Made by a program: the position numbers and the translations under genes. From NCBI GenBank assembly GCA_017522765.1, contig JAFWYG010000005.1, positions 571,048 to 635,047 on the forward strand: a stretch of 64,000 nucleotides of DNA, in the 5' to 3' direction. Positions 1-9,885 of the stretch are shown here, in pieces. The stretch is from Clostridia bacterium. GTDB taxonomy: Bacteria > Bacillota > Clostridia > TANB77 > UBA1234. Under the pieces are notes generated by a model, which was given only the letters and a program-made list of their open reading frames with translations, searched no databases and had not been told where the DNA came from. Within the stretch, counting starts at the first letter, position 1. Each line of letters starts with the position of its first letter.

Positions 1-552
1 TCTTTTTGCCATAGCAGATCTAATAATATTATCTACTAATTGAGCAACGTCTTTACCGTAAGAATCAAGAGCTTTTTCGTCTTCTAGTCTACTTTCAATT
101 CCTTTGATAATTGCATCTACATATGATTCAAAAGTAACATATACGTCCATCGAAAGACCTTTGTTTAATAAAATTAAACGTATCATCTTTTGAACGTCTT
201 TGTCTGTAGGATCTGCAAATGCAACCTTTATTCTATTATCATTTATTTCGAAAGGCATAACTTTATGTTGTTTAACGATATCCATTGATAAATATTGTGT
301 AAAGTTAAACTTAAAAGATTTAGGATCAAGTTGAACAGCTTTAAATCCTATAACCTCTCCTATTGTATTAATCAAATCTTGATCATTACATACTTGTAGT
401 ATGTGGAACGCTTCACCCAATTTAATTCCTTTATGAAGTCTTTGATATTCAATTGCCTTATCAATGTCTGAATCTTTTATTAAACCTTTTCTTATAAGTG
501 TAACGCCTAGTGGTGCTTTTTGCGCATTACTTTTGCTTTCAAAGATTGCCAT
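1..552 (-). CDS. Type IV pilus/T2SS assembly ATPase (PilB/GspE family), N-terminal GspE_N/MshEN domain only; the gene continues beyond the window start
   Basis: The reverse translation from the ATG at 552 gives MAIFESKSNAQKAPLGVTLIRKGLIKDSDIDKAIEYQRLHKGIKLGEAFHILQ...VMPFEINDNRIKVAFADPTD, the typical GspE N-terminal domain fold pattern. It lies in the pilus gene cluster. Confidence 0.6.
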   Translation of the reverse strand, partial: MAIFESKSNAQKAPLGVTLIRKGLIKDSDIDKAIEYQRLHKGIKLGEAFHILQVCNDQDLINTIGEVIGFKAVQLDPKSFKFNFTQYLSMDIVKQHKVMPFEINDNRIKVAFADPTDKDVQKMIRLILLNKGLSMDVYVTFESYVDAIIKGIESRLEDEKALDSYGKDVAQLVDNIIRSAMAKR

Positions 553-671
553 TTATAAGTCCTCCTCTTTTGTAAATCTATTTTTCCTAATTACTATTTT
601 ATAATATTTAATTCATAAGTCAACAAAAAACGACTCGCTTCATTTATTTACCAAGTATGGAAAAACATGCA

Positions 672-866
672 TTACTTAGCAAAAGCATCTGCAATCTCAT
701 ACATTCTATCTACATCTTTTGAATATGCTTTTTCTATTCTTATAAGTTCATCTTGTTGAATCTTGTAAGCAGTTACACTTCTACCATACACAGCTATACC
801 ATATATAGAAAAAATAAGCATCGCCATAAGTGCAGTAAGTGTAATAGAACCTCTATCTTTCCACAT
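672..866 (-). CDS. Minor pilin / pseudopilin-like protein
   Basis: Short positively charged leader MWKDRG followed by a hydrophobic helix SITLTALMAMLIF (prepilin-type signal). Located in the pil cluster. Confidence 0.45.
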   Translation of the reverse strand: MWKDRGSITLTALMAMLIFSIYGIAVYGRSVTAYKIQQDELIRIEKAYSKDVDRMYEIADAFAK

Positions 867-878
867 ATTCCTCTCTCC

Positions 879-1349
879 TTATCTTCCAACTTTCACATAG
901 ATGTCTCCACCTGTAAAAGAAGAATCCATCATTGTTATCTTAACCCATTCAGTTTGCTCAGTACCATTTTTCTTTTGACCAAAACCAAATGATAAGTTTG
1001 TCATTTCATCAGTTATCAACACATCATCTCTATACAATTCATAAACACTATATGATTGTGTCCCTGTTTGTTTTTCATTAGCACGATATTTAATGTAATA
1101 AGTTACACCGTTATCTAACACTAATTCATTTTCTGAAAAACTTAACACTCTATTAGCAGCTTTAATATCTGTAATAAGTGAAGCTTGTGCTTTTAAAACT
1201 TCATTTGATTTTTCACTTTCTTGAGACAGGTCTGCAATTTGCGACATAACATTTATGTTTAAGAAAGAAAGTGATGCCAAGATAACTATTGAAACTACTA
1301 TATAAACACTAAGTGACGTTAGCGTCACACCTTTATTATTACGTACCAA
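879..1349 (-). CDS. Pilin-like protein (prepilin-type N-terminus)
   Basis: MVRNNKG|VTLTSLSVYIVVSIVILA, a leader peptide with G at -1 and a hydrophobic stretch. Overlaps the upstream gene by 11 bp, which suggests an operon. Confidence 0.5.
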   Translation of the reverse strand: MVRNNKGVTLTSLSVYIVVSIVILASLSFLNINVMSQIADLSQESEKSNEVLKAQASLITDIKAANRVLSFSENELVLDNGVTYYIKYRANEKQTGTQSYSVYELYRDDVLITDEMTNLSFGFGQKKNGTEQTEWVKITMMDSSFTGGDIYVKVGR

Positions 1350-1830
1350 GTGCTTTACCCCCTATCTTTAGAGTTTGTAAAGTCATTGTTCTTTTACTTG
1401 TTGGATCACTAGTTCTTGTATAATATACCGCTTCTGATGTAACAAGTTTAACTGGTGAATCTACATAGCTCTTTCCATCTTTTGTTGGTAATATTTCTAT
1501 TGTTGTAGTAATTACGGTATTTGTTGTAATTAAATCACTAACATTTGGAATTGTTGTGACTACAACTTTTTTTAACTTTGTGTCTTCTTGAAGTTGCGTG
1601 TTTGCTGGGTTATCTGTAATAGGCATTTCGATTTCATCCAACAATGCATTTTCAATTGATTTAATTAAGTAGCCCATTATAATATTTCTTTGTTCCACAT
1701 ATCTATAAGTATTATAGGTGGCTTTCAACATCGTAACACTGTAATACATAAACACAACTATAATTACAAGTCCTACACCTATCTCTAAAAGAGAATATCC
1801 TTTTTGTGATTTAAGGTTCAAAATTAACAC
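1339..1830 (-). CDS. Type IV pilin (prepilin with G|YSLLE N-methylation-type motif)
   Basis: MLILNLKSQKG|YSLLEIGVGLVIIVV shows the classic class III signal with Glu at +5. Confidence 0.6.
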   Translation of the reverse strand: MLILNLKSQKGYSLLEIGVGLVIIVVFMYYSVTMLKATYNTYRYVEQRNIIMGYLIKSIENALLDEIEMPITDNPANTQLQEDTKLKKVVVTTIPNVSDLITTNTVITTTIEILPTKDGKSYVDSPVKLVTSEAVYYTRTSDPTSKRTMTLQTLKIGGKALGT

Positions 1831-1839
1831 CTCGTTCTT

Positions 1840-2646
1840 TTAAAAAATAAAAAATGTAATGTTCATTAAATCAGTAAGTTCTTTTAAATATGGACTAAAT
1901 ACCAGTACAATTACTGAACCGATACTTAAGAAATACCCGAAAGGAATTTCTTTATATTTTTTTACCAATGTTGTAATTAAAGCAATCACTATTGAAACTA
2001 AAATTGCTAAGACTTGTAGTCCAAACCCCATAAATAAACCTAGTAACGCAATATATTTTATATCGCCAAATCCAATTATTTTATTTTCATCCTTACCCAA
2101 TTTCTTTAATAGATAAACTACTATTAATAATATAGTAGGAATTCCTAAAAATCCAACTAAGTTCATTGTCATATATTGATTATAAAAATACGCGTTAAAT
2201 AAGCCATATACCAAAGCAACAACAATACCATATAACAACGTACCATTATGAATTTTTAGAGTTTCTTTATCTATTCCACCAATAATATAAATTGCGCAGA
2301 AAAATAAATATATAAAAAATAAATTTATAAATTCTAATAATGTGCTATATGCTGAAATTTTCAAAGTGTATGCAATTAGCATAAAAGCAAGTCCAGAAAA
2401 TATTTCTAAAAGTATGTATCTACTTCTTATTTTTGATTTGCAATATCTGCATTTACCACCTAAAAACAAGTAGCTCCATACAGGAATTAAATCCCAAAAA
2501 TTCAAATTGTGGTTACACGTTGTACAATGTGAACGCACATAAGTTATATTTTCTTTTCTAGGTAATCTATATATTGCAAGCGTAAAAAAGCTACCAAAAA
2601 CAGTACCCATTATGAAAATAACTACATAAATCATTACATCTAACAT
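1840..2646 (-). CDS. pilD: Prepilin peptidase (A24 family)
   Basis: Polytopic membrane protein with the N-terminal Cys-rich box CTTCNHNL...CRYCKSKI and a peptidase A24-like arrangement. Directly upstream of the pilin genes. Confidence 0.8.
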   Translation of the reverse strand: MLDVMIYVVIFIMGTVFGSFFTLAIYRLPRKENITYVRSHCTTCNHNLNFWDLIPVWSYLFLGGKCRYCKSKIRSRYILLEIFSGLAFMLIAYTLKISAYSTLLEFINLFFIYLFFCAIYIIGGIDKETLKIHNGTLLYGIVVALVYGLFNAYFYNQYMTMNLVGFLGIPTILLIVVYLLKKLGKDENKIIGFGDIKYIALLGLFMGFGLQVLAILVSIVIALITTLVKKYKEIPFGYFLSIGSVIVLVFSPYLKELTDLMNITFFIF

Positions 2647-2754
2647 TACATCAAATCCAATCTAAAATTTAAGGGATATACCAAATCAGCATATCCCTTA
2701 GTGTCAAATCATTAATTTATATTTTTCGAGACATTTAAATATATTTAAGTTGTC

Positions 2755-3105
2755 TTATTGTTGAACGTCGCCACTTCCGCCACCTATTGTTTCTGTAGGC
2801 AAATCATTTACAGATGAACTAGAAACAAAAGGATTTACAGTTCCTGGAGTATATCTATACTCTGTTAAATCATCTTCTATTTGTGAAGAAGAAACTTCGT
2901 AAGTTTGAGTAGCATTTTGTGCATCTTGAATGTCACCAACTACTTTGTACAAGTCTCTGTTTATAGTCGAATATTCATTTGCAGCAGGAACATCCATTGT
3001 CTTGAAGTAAATATCTTTAAACAAAAAAGCATCTACTCCCAAAGCAACTATTAAAAGTAACAAACATATTCCTACTTCTTTAGCTATCACTCCAAATTTT
3101 CTCAT
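2755..3105 (-). CDS. Small membrane protein in the pilus operon (PilP-like position), hypothetical
   Basis: A single N-terminal TM (GICLLLLIVALGV) and a GGAGGG RBS before the internal ATG (MRKFGV). Confidence 0.4.
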   Translation of the reverse strand: MRKFGVIAKEVGICLLLLIVALGVDAFLFKDIYFKTMDVPAANEYSTINRDLYKVVGDIQDAQNATQTYEVSSSQIEDDLTEYRYTPGTVNPFVSSSSVNDLPTETIGGGSGDVQQ

Positions 3106-3119
3106 ATAACCCTCCAAAT

Positions 3120-3722
3120 TTATTCGCCTGGCGATGTGATTACATTTACGTCTTTAACAACGAAATTAGCTTTTACTATTTGATCTGAACTTCCACCTTC
3201 TACTACGATACCATCAACTTTAAAGTTTAATTCGGCATCATTTTGAATGTCATAAATGAAGTTTATTACAGATACATATGAACCTGTGATATCGAAGCTT
3301 AATGTAGCATCCGCATCGTTTGGTGTCATTTTAAATTTAACTGCATTGTCATTAGCATAGTTTCCTACTCTAATCCATAAGTAATCTAATAAATATCTTT
3401 CAATTTTATTAGCTTCGGCTATATCTTCTTTTGATGCAGTTAATGCCAAAGTATCATATTCATTTTTCTTAGCTTCGTAATTTTTTTGCTCAAGTCTTAC
3501 ATTTTCAGCAGCTTCATCTAACTTAGTAGAATTTAAGCTGTTTAGTTGCTTCATATCATTGTCTAACTTTGTTCTGTTAGCTTTTAAATCTTCATATGAA
3601 ACAACATCCATCTTCAATTGGAACTTTTGAGTAACTAGTCCAAAATATCCTTTAGCAAAAGATGTGTAAGAACCATATGCACATATAACTATCGCTACTA
3701 ATAAGAGTAATTTCTTAATCAT
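3120..3722 (-). CDS. PilO-like pilus assembly protein
   Basis: N-terminal TM followed by a coiled-coil-rich periplasmic part. The start overlaps the stop of the PilM/N gene by 4 bp. Confidence 0.5.
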   Translation of the reverse strand: MIKKLLLLVAIVICAYGSYTSFAKGYFGLVTQKFQLKMDVVSYEDLKANRTKLDNDMKQLNSLNSTKLDEAAENVRLEQKNYEAKKNEYDTLALTASKEDIAEANKIERYLLDYLWIRVGNYANDNAVKFKMTPNDADATLSFDITGSYVSVINFIYDIQNDAELNFKVDGIVVEGGSSDQIVKANFVVKDVNVITSPGE

Positions 3723-5497
3723 GGCAAGACCCCACTAACTATAATTTTAATATTTCCATCTACACTTACTACTTCCATATCAACATCTACTAATGCTTTC
3801 TCAAGTTTAATTCTTGAAACTAAGAAACCAAGTTGAGCATATTGACCAGATTCAGCTCTTAATGAAACATCTCCAGTTTCTAAGACATTGATTGATGTCA
3901 CTTTAACACCTGCTGGCATAATAAACATCAATTTACTCATGAAGTTTGGAACGTTGTATGTCTTTCTAGATTCTTTATTAATCTTTGTAATTATTGCACT
4001 TAATTTTTCTGTGATTGCTACATATTCATCAGCACGACCTTTTAAATAAGTAGCATCTTCATCAGCTTTTGCTATTGCTGCATTTACTTTAGAAATTTCA
4101 GAATTTACTTCTTTATCTTTTGCAAGAATTCTGTTGTTTATCATCGTTCCTGCAACTATATATCCTATTAATAATGAAGCAACAAAAACTGTAGTCTTGG
4201 TAAGTATACTATCTATTCTTCCATATGATGTATCTGTGATTTCTCCATCGCCAGCCTCATCAAGCAAACTTTCGTCAAAATCAACATTTCTCTTTTTCTT
4301 CTTACTACCTATAGGAGCATTTAGCTTTTTGATAAAATCTCCAGCAGCCACCTTGGCATTTTTTATTCTACCTTTTATATCAAAAGCTTTGATTTTATCT
4401 GTTACTACTTTTGCACCTTGCAAATTCGCAGCTTTCTTTGAAGCAGCTATGAAGTTTAAGTCTTTATCACTCATACCTACACCATCAAGCGCAAGAGCGA
4501 TAGCACTGTTTACTTCAATGATTTCTTTCATATTTTCAGAATCTCTACCAGCGAAGAATGGTTTTAATATCTTACATGGTGTATCTAAAAATACTTCTCC
4601 GAAATACAAATCAATATTATTTATAACTGCACCAGCACCTGTTATATAGATAGCTTTTGCATCTTTTAAGTACGGTGTAACAATTGCATCAACTTGTTGA
4701 CGGATATCATATAACACAGGGATTACTACATCAAGAATATTTCTTGACTCATCATCCATATCATAAGAATCTTCAATATAAGCAGAAACTTTTTTCAAAG
4801 CTTCATACGCTTTTGATGCAGAATTATATTTTTCAGCAAGTTTACTGATTATTTCTTGTGTGCCAAGCGGAAGTGAAGTTACATATTGGATTTCACTTCT
4901 GTGGAAAACTGTAATTGTAGTTTTATCTTCTATATTAACTACTATGGCTTCTTCATCGATACCTTGATTTTCAAATAAGTTTTTAACACTGATTGAAAGT
5001 GGACATATCGAATCAACTTTATATTTTTCATAATTTCGTCTTATATTTGCAAGTTCACCAGTAGACGTCATAGCACATATTGCTAAGTGCTTATCGATTG
5101 ATCCACTATTTAACGCAAGCTTAACTCTCATTTCCATAACAGAACTTGATAATGCATTCTCACCCATTTTTTCTTGGTATTCAGAAAGAATAAGTTGATG
5201 CATATCTTTTTTCTTAAGATTAGCAAATACGTCTGTAATATAGAATTCTTCATTTGAAAGAGCTAAAGCTACAGAAGTAGCATTATTACTGCTTAATGTG
5301 ATTTGTCCAGGTGTTGCTGGAGCACTCATTCCTACTTCTTCAGCAATTTCATCAATTGTGGCTTGCAGATTGTCATAAAACTTGACACCATATGCATCTA
5401 ACGTAAGTATTTGCCCTGCAATCTTTTCAGTTACAGATGTTACTTTAGCGTATTTAATCATATTTCTGTCAGTGTAAATTCCTAAACAACTTGGCAT
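3719..5497 (-). CDS. PilM-PilN fusion protein (actin-like ATPase domain, then TM and PilN-like domain)
   Basis: The N-terminal half has an actin/FtsA-like PilM architecture. After residue 440 comes a TM (TTVFVASLLIGYIVAGTMI) and a PilN-like tail. Confidence 0.6.
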   Translation of the reverse strand: MPSCLGIYTDRNMIKYAKVTSVTEKIAGQILTLDAYGVKFYDNLQATIDEIAEEVGMSAPATPGQITLSSNNATSVALALSNEEFYITDVFANLKKKDMHQLILSEYQEKMGENALSSSVMEMRVKLALNSGSIDKHLAICAMTSTGELANIRRNYEKYKVDSICPLSISVKNLFENQGIDEEAIVVNIEDKTTITVFHRSEIQYVTSLPLGTQEIISKLAEKYNSASKAYEALKKVSAYIEDSYDMDDESRNILDVVIPVLYDIRQQVDAIVTPYLKDAKAIYITGAGAVINNIDLYFGEVFLDTPCKILKPFFAGRDSENMKEIIEVNSAIALALDGVGMSDKDLNFIAASKKAANLQGAKVVTDKIKAFDIKGRIKNAKVAAGDFIKKLNAPIGSKKKKRNVDFDESLLDEAGDGEITDTSYGRIDSILTKTTVFVASLLIGYIVAGTMINNRILAKDKEVNSEISKVNAAIAKADEDATYLKGRADEYVAITEKLSAIITKINKESRKTYNVPNFMSKLMFIMPAGVKVTSINVLETGDVSLRAESGQYAQLGFLVSRIKLEKALVDVDMEVVSVDGNIKIIVSGVLP

Positions 5498-5521
5498 AAC
5501 CTTTCCCCTTTTCTTTTGATC

Positions 5522-6397
5522 CTACTTATATTCTATAATTCCGTCTTCTGTCTCTCCATCTTCGCCTTCTTCAACTTCTACTGGATTGAAATCAAAAGTT
5601 TCAAATCTTCTGAAGAAAGTAAACATTTCTGCGTAAGTTAAATTTTCTTCTAACATCAAGCTATCTGAGTAACCTAAGATAACGCCTGATTCACTAAATT
5701 GATTTATAATTTCATCTTCACTAACATTTTGATCTGATAGCAAACTAAACATTACTACTAAGAATTCTTTTCTAGATATATCTGCTAGATATGGTTTAAT
5801 GCCATATTTAACTAAGTCTTTGTGTTTAACAGCTCCAACATTATGTGTCTTTGTAGGCGCTAGATTTAAAAGTACTAAATTTCTATAATCTCTATCGCTA
5901 ATTTTGTTAGCACATTCAAATTTAGTAAGTGATAAATATAGGTTAAGTTCTTTTAAATCATCTCTATTTAAAAGATCTGCATGATCAGCAATGATTTCTT
6001 TTACATGTTCAATGTAAGTAGCAAGTTCTCTGTATTCAGTTATAGTCAAAGATTCTTTTGATGAATAATTACCTACAGATTTAACAACGCCTTCAAGCAT
6101 CTTGTTTTGACTCTTGTATTCACCAACATTTTGCATTACAACACGGCCAGGATAAATCCCTTTGTATTTTAAATATTTTAAAACCGTAGCGTAAAAATTA
6201 TCATGTGACACTTTATTATTTAAAGCAGAGTTGTTAGCCATTGTAGTTAAGCCTTTACTTCTTGCCCATTCATAACCAGGTGTACCCCACCAAGCAGCAA
6301 AAGTAGCCGTTGAAAGAGTAGTTAAAAGTATAGTTAATGACATAACAATTTTTATAACATTGCTCATTTTCTTTCTCATGTTTTCACACCTTTTCAC
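5522..6397 (-). CDS. Secreted protein with SLH-like motifs, hypothetical
   Basis: Signal peptide LTILLTTLSTATFA, then WWGTPGYEWARSKGL and a C-terminal GVILGYSDSLMLEENLTYAEMFTFF, both resembling S-layer homology repeats. Confidence 0.35.
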   Translation of the reverse strand: MKRCENMRKKMSNVIKIVMSLTILLTTLSTATFAAWWGTPGYEWARSKGLTTMANNSALNNKVSHDNFYATVLKYLKYKGIYPGRVVMQNVGEYKSQNKMLEGVVKSVGNYSSKESLTITEYRELATYIEHVKEIIADHADLLNRDDLKELNLYLSLTKFECANKISDRDYRNLVLLNLAPTKTHNVGAVKHKDLVKYGIKPYLADISRKEFLVVMFSLLSDQNVSEDEIINQFSESGVILGYSDSLMLEENLTYAEMFTFFRRFETFDFNPVEVEEGEDGETEDGIIEYK

Positions 6398-6614
6398 TTA
6401 AAAATAATCTATATTGAAAATCTTGCAAATTCGTATATGCGTAAGAATATACCAACACACATTAATGCTACAATTATTCTACCTTTTTACCTATTTTTAA
6501 GCAATACATGTAACTAAAATGTAACAAAAGTGTAATATATAGGTAACTCTTATTGCTCTAATTTTTCCCTTTTTAAGAAATTTTATTCGTTCTAGACTTG
6601 AGAGAAACTAAAAA

Positions 6615-6661
6615 GGGACAGTCCTTGTTTGAAAAAGTTTTTTCAAACAAGGGCGTGCCCC
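6615..6661. repeat. Copy A of an intergenic palindromic repeat family (unit AACAAGG-RSY-GTCCCC, in inverted pairs)
   Basis: gggacagtccttgttt ... aaacaagggcgtgcccc. Same unit as at 31068-31150 and 33133-33220. Sits at the 3' end of ileS. Confidence 0.6.
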
Positions 6662-6673
6662 TAATTCAAGCAT

Positions 6674-9600
6674 TTATTTAACTACAACTAATTTAACTTT
6701 TAGCTTTTCTCCATTGATATCTAATTCATTCTCGCCTTCGCCAGCTGTTACTAAATCAGCAAGTGTTTCATCAGCGATTTGTTCTTTATTTCTTTCAATT
6801 ATTTCAGCTAATTTTTCGTTATCTGAGTAATACATTTCGATATGATTTTGAACCTCGAATCCAGAATCTTTTCTTAAATTTTGGATCTTAGAAATTAATT
6901 CTCTTACAAAACCTTCTTCGATTAATTCATCTGTTAATTCAATATCAAGAACTACTGTTGTAGCACCTTCTTGAGATGAAATGTATTTTTCAGATTTAGT
7001 TGTTTCAATTAATAAATCTTCTTCTAACAATTCAACTTTTGCATTTCCGATTTCAAGTGTTACTTTACCTTCTGTCTTTAATTCTTTAACAAAAGCAGTA
7101 CCATCTCCACCGCGAAGCATTTGGTTGATTGAAGGAAGTATTGCACCATATTTTGGTCCAACAGTTTTTAAGTTAGGTTTAACATTGTATGAAACAAAAT
7201 CACTTACATCATCTTTGAATTCAATATCTTTAACATTTAATTCTTCTTTTATGATGTAGTAATATTTTTCATCTAAAGAACCTTCTGTTGCAACATAAGC
7301 TTTAGCAAGTACTTGTCTATTTTTCATGTTAGAAACATTTCTACAAGCTCTGCCTAAAGTTACGATTTCAAGAACTTTTTCCATGTTAACTTCTAATCTT
7401 GCATCAATCATACTTTCATCAGCAACCGGGAAGTCACATAAATGTATACTTTCAGGAGCTGTTTTATCAAAGTTTCTTACTAAGTTTTGATAAATCTTTT
7501 CAGTCATGAATGGTACAAATGGAGCTGTAACTTTTGCAAGAGTTACTAAAGTTGTGTATAGAGTCATATAAGCATTTATCTTATCTTGTTCCATACCACT
7601 ACCCCAGAATCTTTCTCTACATCTTCTTACATACCAGTTAGAAAGTTCATCAGTAAAGTCTTGAATTAATCTAGCGCTTTCAGTTATCTTGTATTCTGTC
7701 ATTCCAGCATCTACATCTTTGATTAATGTGTTTAATCTAGATAATACCCATTTATCCATTTGAGATAATTTATCGTATTCTAGTTTGTATTTTGTTGGAT
7801 CGAATTTATCGATGTCAGCATATAAAACATAGAATGCATAAGTATTCCAGAAAGTTCCGATGAATTTTCTTTGATACTCACTTATTCCCTCCGGATAGAA
7901 TCTAGTTGGAAGCCATGGAGATGAACTTGCACAGAAATACCATCTAACAGCATCTGCACCTTGTTTATCTAAAACAGTCCATGGATCAACTACATTACCT
8001 TTATGTTTAGACATCTTCAAACCATCTTTATCTTGAACGTGACCTAAAACTAAGCAGTTCTCAAATGGTGATTTATCAAATAGCAATGTAGATATAGCCA
8101 TAAGTGTATAGAACCAACCTCTAGTTTGGTCGATAGCTTCACTTATAAATTGTGCTGGGAAATGTTTTTCAAACAATTCTTTATTTTCAAATGGATAATG
8201 ATATTGAGCAAAAGGCATTGAACCTGAGTCAAACCAACAGTCAATAACTTCTGGAACTCTAGTCATCATCTTTCCACACTTAGGACATTTAATCTTAATT
8301 GGATCTAAGTATGGTTTGTGTAGTTCTACATTATCAGGAACATTATCTCCTAATTCTTTAAGTTCTTCTCTACTTCCAATTACATGATAGTGACCACACT
8401 CACATTCCCAAACAGGAAGTGGTGTACCCCAATATCTTGAACGAGAAAGACCCCAGTCAATAACATTTTCTAAGAAGTTACCAAAACGACCTTCTTTGAT
8501 ATTATCTGGCATCCAGTTAACAGTGTTGTTGTTAGCAACAAGTCTATCTCTTAATGCAGACATCTTAATAAACCATGTGTCGATAGCATAGTAAAGAAGT
8601 GGTGTGTCACATCTCCAGCAGAAAGGATATGAGTGCTCATAAGGAAGAGCAGCAAATAATAATCCTCTAGCTTTTAAATCTTCAAGAACAAGTTTGTCAG
8701 CATCTTTAACAAAAGTACCAGCCCACTCACCTGTTTCTTTTGTGAAGTTACCAGCTTCATCAACTAATTGTAAGAATGGTAAATCATTATCTTTACCAAC
8801 TCTAGCATCGTCTTCACCAAATGCTGGAGCAATGTGAACAACACCAGTACCATCAGTTAAAGTAACGTAACCATCTGCAACTACGAAATATGCTTTTTTA
8901 TCTAAGTTAGCAAAATCAAATAATGGTTCATATTCCATACCATATAAATCATTACCAACATATTTTTTAAGAACATCATAGCTTTCAGAAATTACGCTAT
9001 CAACTAACGCTTCTGCTAAGATATAAACATCTCCGCTTTCAACTTTAATTTCAACATATGTATCTTTAGGGCTAACGCAAAGTGCAACGTTAGAAGGTAA
9101 AGTCCATGGAGTAGTTGTCCATGCAAGAATGTATTTATTATCTTCGCCTTTAACTTTGAACTTAGCTATACAAGAAGTTTCCTTAACATCTTTATATCCT
9201 TGGGCAACCTCGTGTGAAGATAAAGAAGTACCACATCTTGGGCAGTAAGGAACAATCTTGTGTCCTTTGTATAATAAACCTTTATCATTGATAGTTTTAA
9301 GAGCCCACCATTCAGACTCGATATAATCATCATGGTAAGTAACATATGGATCATCCATATCAGCCCAGAAGCCAACACGATCACTCATAACTTCCCATTC
9401 GTGTTTATATTTCCAAACACTCTCTTTACATTGTTTAATGAAAGGTTCAACACCATATTTTTCGATTTGAGGTTTACCATCGATACCAAGCATCTTTTCA
9501 ACCTCAAGTTCAACTGGTAAACCGTGAGTATCCCAACCAGCTTTTCTAGGAACTTCATAACCTTTCATAGTCCAGAATCTTGGAACAACATCTTTGAAAA

Positions 9601-9814
9601 CACGTGTTTCAATATGTCCTATATGAGGCTTACCATTAGCTGTTGGTGGACCATCATAGAACATAAAAGTAGGATGTCCTTCACGATTTTTAATACTCTT
9701 TTTGAAGATATCATTCTTTTTCCAAAACTCGATAACTTCTTTTTCTCTTTCAACGAAATTTAAGTCCGTTGAAACTTTCTCGTACATTGAATCACATTCT
9801 TTGCACATTTTCAT
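6674..9814 (-). CDS. ileS: Isoleucine--tRNA ligase, apparently type 2 (eukaryote-like)
   Basis: 1046 aa. FMFYDGPPTANGKPHIGH (HIGH) and KMSKHKGN (KMSKS) motifs. No C-terminal Cys zinc knuckles, and only 70 bp of upstream spacer. Confidence 0.95.
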   Translation of the reverse strand: MKMCKECDSMYEKVSTDLNFVEREKEVIEFWKKNDIFKKSIKNREGHPTFMFYDGPPTANGKPHIGHIETRVFKDVVPRFWTMKGYEVPRKAGWDTHGLPVELEVEKMLGIDGKPQIEKYGVEPFIKQCKESVWKYKHEWEVMSDRVGFWADMDDPYVTYHDDYIESEWWALKTINDKGLLYKGHKIVPYCPRCGTSLSSHEVAQGYKDVKETSCIAKFKVKGEDNKYILAWTTTPWTLPSNVALCVSPKDTYVEIKVESGDVYILAEALVDSVISESYDVLKKYVGNDLYGMEYEPLFDFANLDKKAYFVVADGYVTLTDGTGVVHIAPAFGEDDARVGKDNDLPFLQLVDEAGNFTKETGEWAGTFVKDADKLVLEDLKARGLLFAALPYEHSYPFCWRCDTPLLYYAIDTWFIKMSALRDRLVANNNTVNWMPDNIKEGRFGNFLENVIDWGLSRSRYWGTPLPVWECECGHYHVIGSREELKELGDNVPDNVELHKPYLDPIKIKCPKCGKMMTRVPEVIDCWFDSGSMPFAQYHYPFENKELFEKHFPAQFISEAIDQTRGWFYTLMAISTLLFDKSPFENCLVLGHVQDKDGLKMSKHKGNVVDPWTVLDKQGADAVRWYFCASSSPWLPTRFYPEGISEYQRKFIGTFWNTYAFYVLYADIDKFDPTKYKLEYDKLSQMDKWVLSRLNTLIKDVDAGMTEYKITESARLIQDFTDELSNWYVRRCRERFWGSGMEQDKINAYMTLYTTLVTLAKVTAPFVPFMTEKIYQNLVRNFDKTAPESIHLCDFPVADESMIDARLEVNMEKVLEIVTLGRACRNVSNMKNRQVLAKAYVATEGSLDEKYYYIIKEELNVKDIEFKDDVSDFVSYNVKPNLKTVGPKYGAILPSINQMLRGGDGTAFVKELKTEGKVTLEIGNAKVELLEEDLLIETTKSEKYISSQEGATTVVLDIELTDELIEEGFVRELISKIQNLRKDSGFEVQNHIEMYYSDNEKLAEIIERNKEQIADETLADLVTAGEGENELDINGEKLKVKLVVVK

Positions 9815-9885
9815 TTCCTCCTTTATATAAACATATAATTTTTAACTATATATTTTCGATTGGCATATCGCCAATCTGCAAATAA

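Noticed and set aside
4134-4649. Plus-strand ORF inside the pilM-N gene, and similar internal antisense ORFs in ileS, gltX, rnj and the giant gene
   Set aside because: These are shadow ORFs fully embedded in well-supported genes, with low-complexity S/F/I-rich translations.
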